This document shows, piece after piece, positions 13,816 through 29,830 of a DNA stretch of 64,000 bases (position 1 is its first letter; each line of letters opens with the position of its first letter). The notes beneath the pieces are model-generated. The model saw nothing but the letters and a program-made list of their open reading frames with translations, was not told the DNA's origin and did not search any database. Made by a program: the position numbers and the translations under genes. Source of the DNA: Octopus vulgaris (taxonomy: Eukaryota). The stretch spans positions 82,336,001 through 82,400,000 of the forward strand of contig OX597818.1 in the NCBI GenBank assembly GCA_951406725.2, read 5' to 3'.

Positions 13816-14808
13816 AAACGAAACTATTTATAGAAATATAAAAATGTACGTACACAAATGTTCCCACAAACATTAATATAATTATGACCATATATACACT
13901 CACGCTTTTTCGTAATTATTCTCAACGTTTATGCGTATGTAAATACACAGATGAATACAAATGCATATAGATATGTGAGCATACTTAACATATATAAGCA
14001 TTAATATATCACACATATATATAGTAAATACAGACACTTGCCAGCAAGCATGTATATATATTCAAGTAAATGCATTTATGTGTACATACACTTATGTATA
14101 AAAATATATTTCAGTACATAGATAAAAGGGTTATGTGAGAGTTTGAATGAAATAGAGAAGAACAAAGAGAGAAGGGTAGAGAGAGAGGCAGAAACACAGG
14201 CAGACATAGAGAGAGGAGAGCTGAAAGAAACTACAGTGAAAGTAAAGCAGAACGATATATATCTTACATCCCGCACGAATACAATTACAACAATTCAATT
14301 AAAATAATTTACCTTTCAACTCTCACTGATTCCTCATTGATTACCTCATGAAAACATACGTCCTAGGAAAAAGGTACTGCATGAATTAATGTTGTTCTTT
14401 TGGACAAAATTGGAACTATTTCTTTCTATGAGAAATAGCAGTGTAGTTTCTAGACAAGCATTGAGATTTCTGCATGCTAAAAGCGCGGGTGAACATTACC
14501 ATCGCCACCAACGAGATGTGGGCAGAAATACAAAAAAAAAAAAAAGAATTTATAAATGAGTTTCTATAAACACACAGCGGCCGGGGACAGCTAGTCAGGC
14601 AGATGAGGTAGATGCACTGAAAGAAATAATACTCAATATTCAGCATATCTCGAAAGCAGAGCAGCTGGCAAGCATTTTAGGGCTCTTCAAAAGTGAAGCT
14701 CTGGCCCCCAAATACTCTGGTTCCCTATGAGAGTGAAAAACGTGATTCCTGTATCGTATATAGGAAGGAAGATAGTGAGAATAAGGAAAATAAAAAAAAA
14801 AATTACCG

Positions 14809-14940
14809 TGTATTGTTTTGGAATGAAGTAGTAACATCCTGGAGGTGCCGTGAAAATTGGTCTGGGATTAGTGTGGAGGTACAATTCCACATTGAACCAG
14901 ACGTTATCTCCAAGATCCTCGGCCACATTCGCCTTCAAAG
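14809..14940 (-). other. Possible exon of a host gene (unidentified)
   Basis: Non-repetitive, GC-richer island. A pyrimidine tract with AG lies upstream and cacg|GTAATT plus a T-tract downstream on the minus strand. The frames are open but no motif is recognised. Confidence 0.25.
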
Positions 14941-15266
14941 AGGGGAAAAGCTGCTCTGAGTATAAGCGAGACGGAGGGAATGGAAAAGAGAGAGGTACCC
15001 GTTCGAGCATTCCTGGGCGTTTGGTGTGGTCAGGATGTTGTTATTGGGTAGATCTTCCCTCGTTTATGAGTTATTTTGTTGCTCTAACTTTTATTGTTAA
15101 TTGTTACTGTTTTCTGCTTTTTTCACGCACCATGTTCAACTCCCAACAATCCTTTGTTTTTATGTGCAACCCTCGTGACTTCAACAGACAGTATTATCAT
15201 TATCATTACCCTTGTTGTTGTTGTTCTTCTTCTTTTTCTTCTTCTTCGTCTTCTTTTCTTCTTCTT

Positions 15267-15401
<135 letters not shown>

Positions 15402-15417
15402 GTTATTATTAATAAAA

Positions 15418-15612
15418 TTTTAGCGCAAGGCCAGGATAGGGAATAATTGAAACACGTCGCCCACATTGCTCAACTGGTACTTATTCATTCGATTCAGAAT
15501 GGATGAACGGCAAAGTCGACCTTGGCGGACTTTGAATTGAGAATGTAATGACTGACGAAATGCCGCTAAGTATTTCACTTGGCGCGATAACAATTCCGTC
15601 AGCTTGCCGCGG
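15418..15612 (-). mobile_element. SINE family B monomer (diverged)
   Basis: Homologous to 9447-9677. Confidence 0.8.
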
Positions 15613-15614
15613 CA

Positions 15615-15705
<91 letters not shown>

Positions 15706-15987
15706 TGATGATGATGTTGATGATGATAATATTAGCAATAACAGTAACAACACCATAAGGTACATGAGGATCACAAGACATTACATGAAACCATACTGTA
15801 TAAATATACTTATTCAAGAGTAGATGCACACATGTTCACTCCTAAGCTAATTATTTCTGTCTGTGTTAATATGAAGAGCATTTAGGTGTGACAAACAGCC
15901 GTTGTGTTGTTATGGTTGGAAGGACTATATTCAAACTTGATATCACACAAGATAATTATACAAACTGGATAGGACATGGAACTCATT

Positions 15988-16013
15988 TATCTATCTATCT
16001 CTCTATCTATCTC

Positions 16014-16110
<97 letters not shown>

Positions 16111-16130
16111 CCATCTATCTATCTATCTAA

Positions 16131-16178
<48 letters not shown>

Positions 16179-16277
16179 ATGTCTATCTATCTATCTATCT
16201 TTCTACATATCTAACAGTCTAGCTATCCCTCTCTCTAGCATTCTATCTATCTATCTATCTCTATCTATCTATCTATA
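15988..16277. repeat. (TATC)n tetranucleotide microsatellite
   Basis: Direct; further tracts at 19359-19480 and 29352-29460. Confidence 0.98.
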
Positions 16278-16924
16278 TCAGAGTGCATATGTTTGTGCGT
16301 GTATGTGTTTCTCTGAATGCTGTGATCGCATAGCTATGCTAAGGTCTGCGTATTTCGTACTTATAATTCTGTGTGCACACTTATGTATGTAAGCATGTGC
16401 GGATGTCCACACATATATGTGTATGATTATCCATGTATATCCATATATGTATATGGTGTGCGTATGCAGAGATGTTGTTAGATATATTTATAAACACTGC
16501 ATTTATTTTATTTTACTCTTAACCCATTTATATTTATTGGAACAAATCCATCGTATTTTCAAATCAACTGATATTCGTATGTTTTATCTATAATATTATT
16601 TCTGTTTCCGGTAGTCCACGTATCAGATGTCTTTGTTTTCCTCGAGTTGTTTTACTGATGTTTTCCTCATTTATCTCTTACTATTTCTACTTCCTTGTTT
16701 ACTGCTTCTTCTTCTCCTCTTGTAGTTTCAATATTATAAACACGTAAAATATTATCTGAAGCTTGTGTTTATTAGATCGACCTGTTTATAGGTAATAATG
16801 AAATTTTCCCAAGTTTATCCGCATCATTCTTTTAATCTCTTATACTTTTACTGGTTTCAGCCAAAAACTGGTACTGTGCTGGAGTACCTCCTTTCAGTGT
16901 TTTCGGATTTCCTTTCTGTATTTT

Positions 16925-17340
16925 TTAGAAGTGAAATCCGAAGAAGCGAGTTGGATGGAGCCACTCACATTTGTACTTCCTGCTGCGATGTAGGTTCATC
17001 TCGGATTTCTTTTGCAATTTAGGCCAAGTGTTTTTTTTTTCCACATCTACATCTCGCAAATCTCTGAGGTTGTTTGGCAGGATGTTAAGAAGTTGAGGTC
17101 GGCTAAAACATAGGCTGTTGCAGTAATGGGTACTTATTCGAGATGAAAAAGACGGGATCTTTGTTACGATGCAGTGCTGTCCAGTTAGTTGGTTCGTATA
17201 GCTTTTAATTCCAAAGTTGGGAACTAGACCTTCCATGTTCTTCCATATGTACATCACTGCATACCTTTCTCGCGTTCTCACCAGGGAGTAGAGATTCGGT
17301 TCTTGTAGCCTCTCCAAATTGACCACCGTGTGTATCGTGC
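16925..17340 (-). mobile_element. CR1-clade LINE 3' fragment (second family)
   Basis: ERLQEPNLYSLVRTRERYAVMYIWKNMEGLVPNFGI...PQLLNILPNNLRDL. Confidence 0.8.
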
Positions 17341-18399
17341 CTGTAGAACACTATGTGACTTTTCTATCCCGATTTAATGTTTTCTATCTTTTATCTTCTA
17401 CTTGTTTCAATTATTTGAGTGCGGCGAAGCTGGAGCACCACCTCGAAGGGTTTTTAGATGAACAAATCGATCCCAAGACTTATTTTTTATGCCTAGTATT
17501 TATTGTAATTTACGAAGACGTAAACACACCAACACCGGTTGTCGAACGGTGTGAGGGAAAAACACAGGCACACACACACTGACATGTTTTGCTTTGGTCG
17601 ACGCGAGAATATATTAGAAAATATCTGCCCAAGTTTCCACGCAGTGGGAGACATGTGGTTTCGAAGCAAGATTCTTATAACAGAGTCACACTTTCTAAGA
17701 TAATGACGGAAAACCTACATCCGCTGTTCCAACTATACATAACTCCTTCTATATACACCGAAGTGTTCGTCACCGCAATACTTTGCATGGCAGGGACCAT
17801 CTGAAATTAACAGCGTCTTCCGAGAAACGTGTAATACGAACGGCTCGTTGTGATACTTAATTGGCTTTGACCATTCTTATGAAAGCGATTTTGCTTTCTT
17901 CAGTGATGTTTACGTCTGTCAAGCTGATAATTTTGAAGGTTATTTGCCAAGTCGATTGTTGCACCTAAATGTGTGGAGCAGAAAATAATCTATAAGAAAT
18001 TATTGATGTAACTGTTTTAGTGAAATAAGTGGGATAGTATTTGTGTTCATTCTTGTTTTACTTACATATTTCGATATATGTTATCTTTAATGTTTGATGT
18101 GTTGAGTATAGATGTCTCTTGAAATGATTCTTTTCACGGGAATGTTAGTGTTGTAACGAGGTATGTAAACTCGGTAATCGGTAGCCGACTGTTGTTCCTG
18201 TTGCTTGCGGTAGTTCTGTTGGTCCAGTTTTAACAATAGTTGTATTTGATGTTGCTACTGTTGTCGCGGTTATTACTGCGGTTACTGCAATTCATTCTGT
18301 TATACCTGATTGATATTGTTGGTTTAAAGCCCAAGTCAGTACTGATGCGGCCGACATTACAACTAACTTCGTCCCAACTTTCAGTTTCTAAATATATAA

Positions 18400-19000
18400 A
18401 CAATATTTATCAGTTAGTCTTTCCTCTATACGAATATTTTATATACTTTGAGGAAGTATATTGTTGCATGTCCATCTAGCACTTAGTAATTTCCTAGATT
18501 ATTTGTATAACAAATACTGGTCACTCCTAGCAATCATCAAATCCTCACAAAAGACTCATTTGAAAACTGTGGATACATAGATTGCATCATCGAGCGCGGT
18601 AGACGTACTAATAGCAGACACCTACAATGTAACTCCCAGCCTGTATCCGATGTGTGCTCCATGTTTGAAGAAAATTGGATAGAAGTTGTGGTAGAGTACA
18701 ATGCAATTCCTCGCAGCTCGAGTTGCATATAGAAACTTTTCTAAGTTCAATATACTTCGGTTGAATGAATCATAAGGTAGGAACAACTAGTGATAGATTG
18801 TATTGTTAATTAGCGATTTTATTCAAGTCCAAAATAATATATTCAACTTTAAATTGTTGATCTTAATTAGTTGGTCATAGATAGCAGCTTGGCGAATTCC
18901 CAAATATAATTATGTCCTCATACCAAGTGTAGTTAAGTAGAAGCTACTTGTAGTTGTCATTGTGTTTCGCGAAGTCTCTAATTACGATGCAGTTTTCAAG
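18400..19000 (-). mobile_element. Highly decayed RTE-like LINE fragment
   Basis: Weak resemblance only (RLPRSMMQSMYPQFSN to RLPKQxLYSQL); many stops. Confidence 0.3.
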
Positions 19001-19287
19001 CTATGTACGGACTTTTGTCTGTATGAAGACGTTACTTCTTGTGTTATGTTGAACATTTTCAAATACCGCTATTGACAACGAGGCAGTACAGAGAGGTAGT
19101 AATCAGCTGTGAATATTGAGCAATCGCCATATCCCAACATACATACACATGCATATTTGTGTACGTATGTGCATGCACAGACACTCACAAAAACAAAAAC
19201 ATACACACGCACTCATTAAACTGTACATGCTCAAACACAAACATTTATACATGCGTATATGTACATATGAGTATATATATACACACG

Positions 19288-19319
<32 letters not shown>

Positions 19320-19359
19320 GCTTAGGGGTTACAATTTATCAAAGGACATACTAAGTGTA

Positions 19360-19555
<196 letters not shown>

Positions 19556-20080
19556 GAGAGAAAGAGGGAGAGAGAGAGGAAGTGTGTGTATGTTTATGTG
19601 ACAAAGAGTGAGAATGTGTGCGTTTGAGTGTGTATGCATGCATATGTGTATGTGAGTGTGTGCCTGCGCACGCGCGCGTATATTTGTGTTTGTGTATGTG
19701 GACATCATAAATCGGGCTGAAAAACGACACTATGCAAATTTGTCATACGTGGCTCTCTATGATTTGACCTATATACTTATTGTAAATGGCTAAAACTTGG
19801 TCTATGAGAGATGGTTTTGCAGTTTAATATAATTTAGAAATAATTCCATGCGCGGAATACAGATGCACACATTCGCACCAGAACACGCAAGTATGTATGT
19901 GTGTGTATGTGTGTATGTGTGTATGTGTATATGTGTGCATCTGTGAACTCTTAGGATCTGATCATACATTTATGAATGCTAACAAAGACCTAACTTAAAT
20001 GCCATTTAAAAATGTTATAAAATGATCTGAAAACCAAATAGGTTATTGCAATTAATTTTTCTCTTTCTTCCGAAAATATG

Positions 20081-20163
<83 letters not shown>

Positions 20164-20448
20164 AATGGCAACAACAACAAAAACAATAAATATATGAATT
20201 ATAAAATCAGAGGAAATATAAGTATATGATAACAAAATAAACACATTCACGGTTATATTAATTCATAATTGAGAAAAGTAATAATGAAAGACCTATAATA
20301 GCGAAAGGATGTTAGATATATTAGAATTTAGGGATCAATAAGAGGCTGAATCGTTTTCTATTGGCCCCTTAGAAATGTGCTTAAGAATCATTTGTATATA
20401 CATGCATACGTACGTACATACATAGATATATAAATACGTATATACATG

Positions 20449-20483
<35 letters not shown>

Positions 20484-20692
20484 ATGTGGGTACGTATACA
20501 TACACACACACACACGTACAAACACATACACACGCATACCACACACACATACATGTATGTGTATATATATCATGTATACATATTTATAACTATATACAAA
20601 CACACATATATATATAATTCTACTTGTGCGTGAGCGTATATAATATATATGAAATATTTTAAAATATATATATATGTATATATATATGAATA

Positions 20693-20777
<85 letters not shown>

Positions 20778-20788
20778 GAATATATATG

Positions 20789-20819
<31 letters not shown>

Positions 20820-20856
20820 GTATGCGTATATACATATATATATGTATGTATGTATG

Positions 20857-20906
<50 letters not shown>

Positions 20907-21771
20907 AACATATTACATATATATTTCTTTCCTGCAGAAGATATGAAAGTGCTATTTTTGGAGTACACGTGCATATACATATATTGAAGGTTTACATATA
21001 AACATATATGGTGGCGTCGATTTTACAAACATAAATACACTACGTGTGACTGGGCATATATTCATTGGTGAACACGTATGTACATGTGTTAGATTATGTG
21101 TGAGTAAATTTGTTTAATCGAGTGGTGTGCATCACGAATTTCCTGTTTCAAATATTAAATATTAATACACGCATAAACCTTGAAAGATATCTGTCTGTGT
21201 GTGTTTATGTTTGTGAGTATGTGTCTGTGCATGTGTATCTGTGTCTGAGTTTGAGTGTGTGGGTATATATATATCTATCTGTCTGTCTGTTTGTCTGTAT
21301 GTATGTCTGTCTCCATATATTTCGTTATTTATATCTCTATCTTTATATGTATATACTATACATAAGTATACGTACACATATATGTATGTTTGTATTGACG
21401 GGTGTTGGTCTGTGTGTATATTATTTTACAACACACAAACTTATATGTATTCACACACACACACACACACATACACACACACACACACATACACAAACAT
21501 ATATATATATATATTTAGATTGACTCACACACACACACATATGTGTTTGACTGTGCCTCCATTCATTTACACATGTGTACAAGTACTCGTAAAATATATA
21601 TGCTGTCAGATATATTTAGCATATATGTGTTTATGAATTTTTTCATCGTGCTATTTAATTGTATCGACAGGAGCACAAATGCGTTATTTTTTTATATATA
21701 TTTCCGCACACAAACACACGCATAGAGAATCGCACTTCATCTTCATCTCCCTCTGTCTTTGTCCCTTTGTC

Positions 21772-21806
<35 letters not shown>

Positions 21807-21907
21807 CCCTCTCTACCGCTCTATCTTTCACTGTCTTAAATGTGTGTGTCTATGTATACATATCTATACACGCGTCTGTAAATCACTCTCTCTTTCTCCC
21901 TGTATAC

Positions 21908-21945
<38 letters not shown>

Positions 21946-22032
21946 GAATGTATGTATGTATGTATGTATGTATGTATGTATGTATGTATGTATGCATGTA
22001 TGTATGTGGGGGCTGTTTAGAATCTCTGAAAC

Positions 22033-22260
22033 CTTATTAAATTGGTTCCCCTCGAATGAATAGTCATCTCCTGTTTGCTGATTTTCTTTTGTTCAGAACC
22101 ACACCCAACCATCCCTCACTCATTCTTTTCTGAAAACCTACTTCAAGCTTTTGAAAGATGCTGCGCAAAGAAGCTGTATAGTTAGGGTGGGTGTAGTTCT
22201 GAACTAAAGCAAATCAGCAATGAGGAGGTGACTATTCATTCTGAGGTCCGATTTAATAAG
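22033..22260. mobile_element. MITE-like element with ~80-bp imperfect terminal inverted repeats
   Basis: cttattaaattgg..gaatgaatagtcatctcct..ttgctgattt..gttcagaaccacaccca pairs with tgggtgtagttctgaac..aaatcagcaa..aggaggtgactattcattc..ccgatttaataag. Confidence 0.75.
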
Positions 22261-23139
22261 CTTCTATGGTTGGTAGGCTGAGGGTTTGTAGTGGGATGAG
22301 ATGAGCCCTCACGGTTTAAAAGCACATGATCCTTGTGGCAAGCGTCTTAAATAGACTCTGTCCCAAAAACCAACTCCCAAAACTAACCTTCTCGTGTGGC
22401 TTAAAGTACAAGCCGGTGGAACTGTCCTTATTCTCAGGACAAGAGCCGTAGACAGGTTCTGGCATCTTCAAGCCGATGATATGGGGAGAAAGAATTTGAC
22501 AGCATCGGAAGGGATTCCTTGAAAGAGAAGCTAAACTCTGATTGTTTACCTCCTTTGCAATGTGGATCTACCGGCTCAAGGGAAAAATTTCGGGAATGAA
22601 CCCCGAGGATAAATCTGGAGCTGCAGTCCTTATGGTAGATTGGTGTTGGTGTTTTAACGTACCCGTAAATTAGCGGTTCGGTAAAAGAGCCCGGTAGAAT
22701 AAGGACCGATAGAATAAGAACCATTCGACTAAAAAACTTTTCTCAGGTACTGCCCCAGCATGGCCAAAGTCTAATGACTAAAACAAATAAAAGACATATG
22801 CGAGTGTGTGTGTTATTTTTGCCTCCTGGGCCAAATTACTACCTGGACAATAGATCGGATATCAAGTCAGCCGCAACAGTTCGTCAACACCGAAAGAGCA
22901 CACCTGATCTTCTCATACTGAGTATTTGTTGTGTCTAAGAGGACACTGAAGGCGATGAAATGAGTGAATCGATACCGGACAAAACGCTAAGTGGCATTTC
23001 TGTCTAGCTTTACGTTTCTTAGTTTGCATCCCACCTAGGTGGGATTTGCCTTTCATCATTTCGAGGAGGTTGAAATAAGCACCCATCAAGCTGGGGTCAC
23101 TGTAGTCAGCCAACCACATTTCCTCAAACTTTAAGTCTC

Positions 23140-23565
23140 AGGCGTAGGAGTGGCTGTGTGGTAAGTAGCTTGCTTACCAGCCACATGGTTCCGGGTTCAG
23201 TCCCACTGCGTGGCATCTTGGGCAAGTGTCTTCTACTATAGCCTCGGGCTGACCAATGCCTCGTGAGTGGATTTGGTAGACGGAAACTGAAAGATGCCCG
23301 TCGTATATATGTATATATATATATGAATATGTGTATGTGTGTGTGTATACATTTGGGTCTCTATGCTTGTCCCCCCAACATCACTTGACAACCGATGCTG
23401 GTGTGTTTACGTCCCCTTAATTTAGCGGTTCAGCAAAAGAGACCGATAGAATAAGTACTAAGCTTACAAAGAATAAGTCATAGGGTCGATTTGCTTGACT
23501 AAAGGCGGTGCTCCAGCATGGCCACAGTCAAATGACTGAAACAAGTAAAAGAGTAAGAGTAGAGT
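23140..23565 (+). mobile_element. tRNA-derived SINE family A (octopus-type), full length
   Basis: A-box tggctgtgtggt, B-box gggttcagtccc, internal (TA/TG)n, 3' hairpin cagtcaaatgactg and (gtaaaaga)-type tail. Highly similar to 34813-35235. Partial copies at ~17390-17690(-), 22640-22795, 29005-29140, 30880-31230(-), 38580-38745, 42106-42460, 42620-42830 and 56285-56630. Confidence 0.9.
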
Positions 23566-23575
23566 ATGCCTATTA

Positions 23576-24065
23576 CACTGTGTAACAAATCTTTAATTTC
23601 TGTTTTTGTGTTTGATCAGTAAGTGCTATTTCCTATTTGCTTCTATCTAGAAATTAAAGAAAATGACTACCATTCCTTCAGACTTTGCATTTTCGACCTG
23701 GACATCAACGTTTTGAAACTGACCTACTTTCCGTTATATTTCGACAATTTCGGTGTTGAGATGCTGAAGCAAAAATACCGTTATAGCAAATATTCTGCTC
23801 AATACCACAGATTTGCTTGTCAGTTGCTTGACCTTAACCACTTGAGCATGTCCCTTAGTGGCTGACAATATGTGCATCTCTAATCATGAGCAGGTGTAGT
23901 GGGGAAGCATGATAGCCATGTGTTGAGAAGTGTTCTTTGGTGTTTGAATAAATATAACAAAAGCAAAGTTTGAAGGGAATATTAGCCATCCTTTATAATT
24001 TCTAGAGGTTAGCAAATAGGAAATAACAGTTGCTAGACAAGGACACAAATCATGTTACATAATAT
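23576..24065 (+). mobile_element. Non-autonomous TIR element (Tc1-like MITE), ~490 bp
   Basis: Ends (ta)cactgtgtaaca...tatttcctatttgc and gcaaataggaaataac...aaatcatgttaca are inverted repeats. A second copy lies reversed at 34338-34812. Confidence 0.6.
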
Positions 24066-24129
24066 CATCTTCAGTCAGTCGTTGTGACAATGACTGATCG
24101 TAACTTTGGCATGACCTGATTAGCTTTCT

Positions 24130-24400
24130 CCATGCAAGACGGTTTGGAGCTTAAGATTGCCATTTATTATGATCAAAAACCCTTCCTCTTCATGTTCTCT
24201 TTTGGAGTATTTTCGATATCTTTTCCCCTTGTAGAGCTGGGAGTAAATGATTTGTCGGTAGGAGGGGTCTGTTTTTATCCATCCTGTCTACCTGACTCAA
24301 CCAACGTAAATTTCAATCGATGAAGATTTCCATCATGGCAAACAGACAAGCACACCGTAGGATCCTTGAATTCCAGATCTTGTCAAAGAGAGTAATATGC
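24130..24400 (-). mobile_element. Decayed RTE-clade LINE fragment
   Basis: Frameshifted NLRWLSQVDRMDKNR..QIIYSQLYKGKR. Confidence 0.55.
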
Positions 24401-24979
24401 TTAATTTGTCGTAGCTGACACATGCCTATAGTAGAAATAACGGACATGAACAGGACATTTTCTGGTGATTCTAAGGACGTTAGCTGTTACTTCTATCACA
24501 TGAGATGTTCACACAGAAGTTTCATATTGACTCGGTAGTACCTGCTACTCTTTGTGCTTAATGCAAATGGAATAACTTGTAAGTTGTTTGCATCCCCCTC
24601 AGGCTTTCGACAATAACACTAAAAGTTAAGTGCAAGGCCTTACCGGCCACACCTTTCCATTAAGTCCTACAAGATCGTTTTATTGGTTTGCACTAATCAA
24701 AAGGCGTCAATAAACCTTTGCAACGTCACTACAACAAGAAAGGAGAAGAGGTGAGAGTATAGGAAACAAAGCAATACACATCAAATCACGGATATAATAC
24801 CAATATCTTACTCATTTGTTTGCTTTCAATGTTAGCTGTCATCTGTTTGTCATTTGTTTGTCTGTCTGTCTAATCACTTTCTATTTATGAACTCCACCTC
24901 TCCTCTTCTCTTCACCCTTCCTCTCATTTAGCAATATGTGTGTGTGATTGTGTGTGTGAGTGTGTGAGTGTGTGTGTAT

Positions 24980-25049
<70 letters not shown>

Positions 25050-25629
25050 TATATATATACATATATATCTATATAAGTATATAATATATATGTGTGTGTG
25101 TACATATTCATATATGTACATATGTACATATACATATGTACACACGTACATATGTGTGTACATATGTATATATATGTGAATTCATATTAGGTCTGACTGT
25201 CTGATTGTATGTTCGTGCACTTGATTACCTATCAAGATGTCTATCGGTCAGACTTGTAATGAATATCACAATTGTAGAAACGTATAGCAAGACATATACG
25301 TACGTACGTACATACATACATACATACATACATACATACATACAGATACGTATATATATATATATACACACACATACATACATGCACGCATATATATGTA
25401 CGTTGTGTGTGTGTTTGTGCTTGCTAGCTTGCGTTTGTCATTTTCAGTCACCAATCCTGTATGAGTTTCATCTAACTCACATGCACTGTTTCTCTTCTTA
25501 TGCTTTCTCTATTTCTCTCTCTCCGTAACCCCCTCCCTCCTCTTCCTCTCTGTCTCTGTATGTATGACTGTACATCCACATATATGTGTATGTAGTGTAA
25601 ATATATATATATATATATATACACAAACA

Positions 25630-27323
<1,694 letters not shown>

Positions 27324-27639
27324 TAATAATACTTAGAGGTATTACTTCCACTGCTACGACCATGACCACTAACAACAACAACAATACTAAAGGTGATCAA
27401 GACGAAGATAGCAGGAAAATTATCTTATTTAGGGTTAAAAGTTCTATTGCCACCACCATCACCACTAGCAACAATAATTAAGGTGCTGACAATGATGATG
27501 ATGACAATTGAAATATAAAAATATAAAAATCTCTGACAAAGGATATTTACAACATTTCTAAAAATAACCCAACAATTGCTGCTTCGGCCAGGGTCAAGAT
27601 ACAGGACTCTTGACCTGTCCAACAAAGCGTGATGCCTAA

Positions 27640-27760
27640 ACCAATCAGCTCAACCAACCAATCAGCTTAAGTAATTGAGTGATACTACACACTGATTGGT
27701 CAGAATACAGTTTGCAAAACCTAGCACTCTGGAGCCTACCCAGCTGTATTTATAGCACAG
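27640..27760 (+). promoter_or_regulatory. Putative pLTR promoter (CCAAT boxes, TATA-like)
   Basis: ccaatcagc at 27641 and 27658, reverse ctgattgg at 27692, and tatttatag near 27747, upstream of the hammerhead. Confidence 0.35.
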
Positions 27761-27817
27761 AATCACTCATCTTGCTACAGTCAAAAATTGTGAAGCATGA
27801 CTGTCAACACTACTACA

Positions 27818-27862
27818 TGAACCCGAAGATTGCAGAATTCAATGCATGAAAGTACTAGTTCA
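27818..27862 (+). ncRNA. Minimal type I hammerhead ribozyme of the Penelope-like element (CCGAAGA core)
   Basis: tgaac-CCGAAGA-t tgca gaattcaa tgca t-GAAA-gtac-TA-gttca. Stem I is tgaac/gttca, stem III is the palindrome agtact, and it sits at the expected 3' pLTR position. Confidence 0.75.
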
Positions 27863-27988
27863 ATCAGAATGAATATTTAACATTCTACTATTTCATTTTA
27901 TTTTATTCAATTATAATATATTATCTTATAATATATCATTATAAGATTGTAAATAAAACGTGAAAATCAGACAAGGTTGGAATTCTTT

Positions 27989-28039
<51 letters not shown>

Positions 28040-28168
28040 TATATGTCTATATATATATGTAGAAATCTGTATATATAAATATATATATATATATGCATAT
28101 ATATATATGATATACGTATAAACATACGTACGCACATGTGTACAGGTATATATGCATATATGTATGTG

Positions 28169-28220
<52 letters not shown>

Positions 28221-29370
28221 TACATATATGCATATATATGTATATGTAAATATATATGTGTATATATATATATAAATATATCCCAGTCTACACAACACAG
28301 GAAGCTTTTGTTCCACGCTTATCTGTGAATCACTGAATTATTGCCATTTCCAAAATTGAACTGCTGTCACCACCAACGCCATTACCACCACCTCTGTAGC
28401 CCACTCCACCAGCACCAGCACCACCACACCACCACCTTCGCTGCCATCACCCTACCACCCCACCGCCCACCCGCCTCCTCCGCTGCCACAACTCACATCC
28501 TCAGAACCAGTACCGCTGTAGATTCCCTTCGGAGGTCCATCGACACCACCATCGCCCCGCGGAATATATTAAAATCGACGTTGTACAATGAAACATTGTG
28601 GAGGGCGCCACTGATATCAAAGGCTTACATAGTGAATGGTCTAATAATAAAAACAATCGGAGACAAGACCTCGCTAGTTTCTCTCTTAATTCTCTCACCG
28701 ACATTACATTTATTTACAACCCCGCCGTTACAAAAATCAACAACAAAAACAACAGCATCATAACCACAAGAAGTAAAAGAACAACAACAACAACAACAGC
28801 ACAACAAATAGCCTGAACGATATTACAACCAATGCTATCAAGTGTCTATTTTTAGTGTAACCCAATGAGAAACGCCACAACCGGCTGCTTAATTAAACAG
28901 CAGCTAAGTAGAAATAGCAGACAAATCACATTCTAATGAGACACTAGATTCTTGGAGAAGAATACACAGTATAATGCGGTACTATCTCGGTTCCTTTCGG
29001 GTAGACGTAGGTGTCGGTGTGCGGTAAAAAACTTGCTTCCGAGCCAGACCATACAGTTCAGGATTTAGTCCTAGTGCGTGTTACCTTGGGTCGACCGAAG
29101 CCATGTGAGTGAATTTGGTAGACGTAAACTGAAAGAAACCACTCTTCTATCAATCTATCTCTGTATCTATCTATATGTAAACTGTTGTGTCTGGGGAGAG
29201 TCATTTTCTTTTTGTGCCTCCCCGGTAAAATTTCCACTTATTTCTTATTTTTATTTTCCTTATATTTTCATTGCGTCTTGCAACCTTTTCAGTAGTCTTG
29301 ACTCTGTCCGTTATTTACATATTCATATACATATATGGATGTATGTATGGTTAGATAGGTAGATAAATAA

Positions 29371-29462
<92 letters not shown>

Positions 29463-29469
29463 GTTTCGG

Positions 29470-29631
29470 CCAAGTGTTTTGCTTATAAGATAAGTTACCA
29501 TACGGATAACAGTGTAAATTTTTCTGTGAGTTAATATTGAAAAAAGAGGTTGCGACCTCGATGTTGGATTAGAATTAACCTTAAGTTGTAGAGGCTTTAT
29601 TGGGTAAATCTGTTCGATTTTTAAAATTTTA
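29470..29631 (+). pseudogene. rrnL: NUMT: fragment of mitochondrial 16S (large subunit) rRNA
   Basis: Contains taagttacca..ggataacag, ttgcgacctcgatgttggatta and tctgttcga, the conserved 3' domain of mt LSU rRNA, with substitutions in normally invariant sites. Confidence 0.9.
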
Positions 29632-29689
29632 GACCATGTCTTGAAAAGACATTTAAAAATGTTTTCATATTAATTATTCTATGGGAATC

Positions 29690-29830
29690 ATAGCCCATTC
29701 AAGTAGAGAGTTATTGTTAGCAGAGATAGATGGTTTATCTGGAATTCGTTGGAGTTAATGGTTCAGGAACCATTGAAATATTAAATATTAGGGGACATTT
29801 TTCTTCCATGTGTCTTGGTATCACCGAAAG
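29690..29830 (-). mobile_element. Short CR1 3' remnant
   Basis: LQRIPDKPSISANNNSLLEWA, matching LQRIPDKPPI..NKNSLLE of the CR1 at 60.9 kb. Confidence 0.55.

Noticed and set aside
23141-23215. tRNA gene-like A/B boxes
   Set aside because: This is the head of a SINE; no complete cloverleaf is evident.
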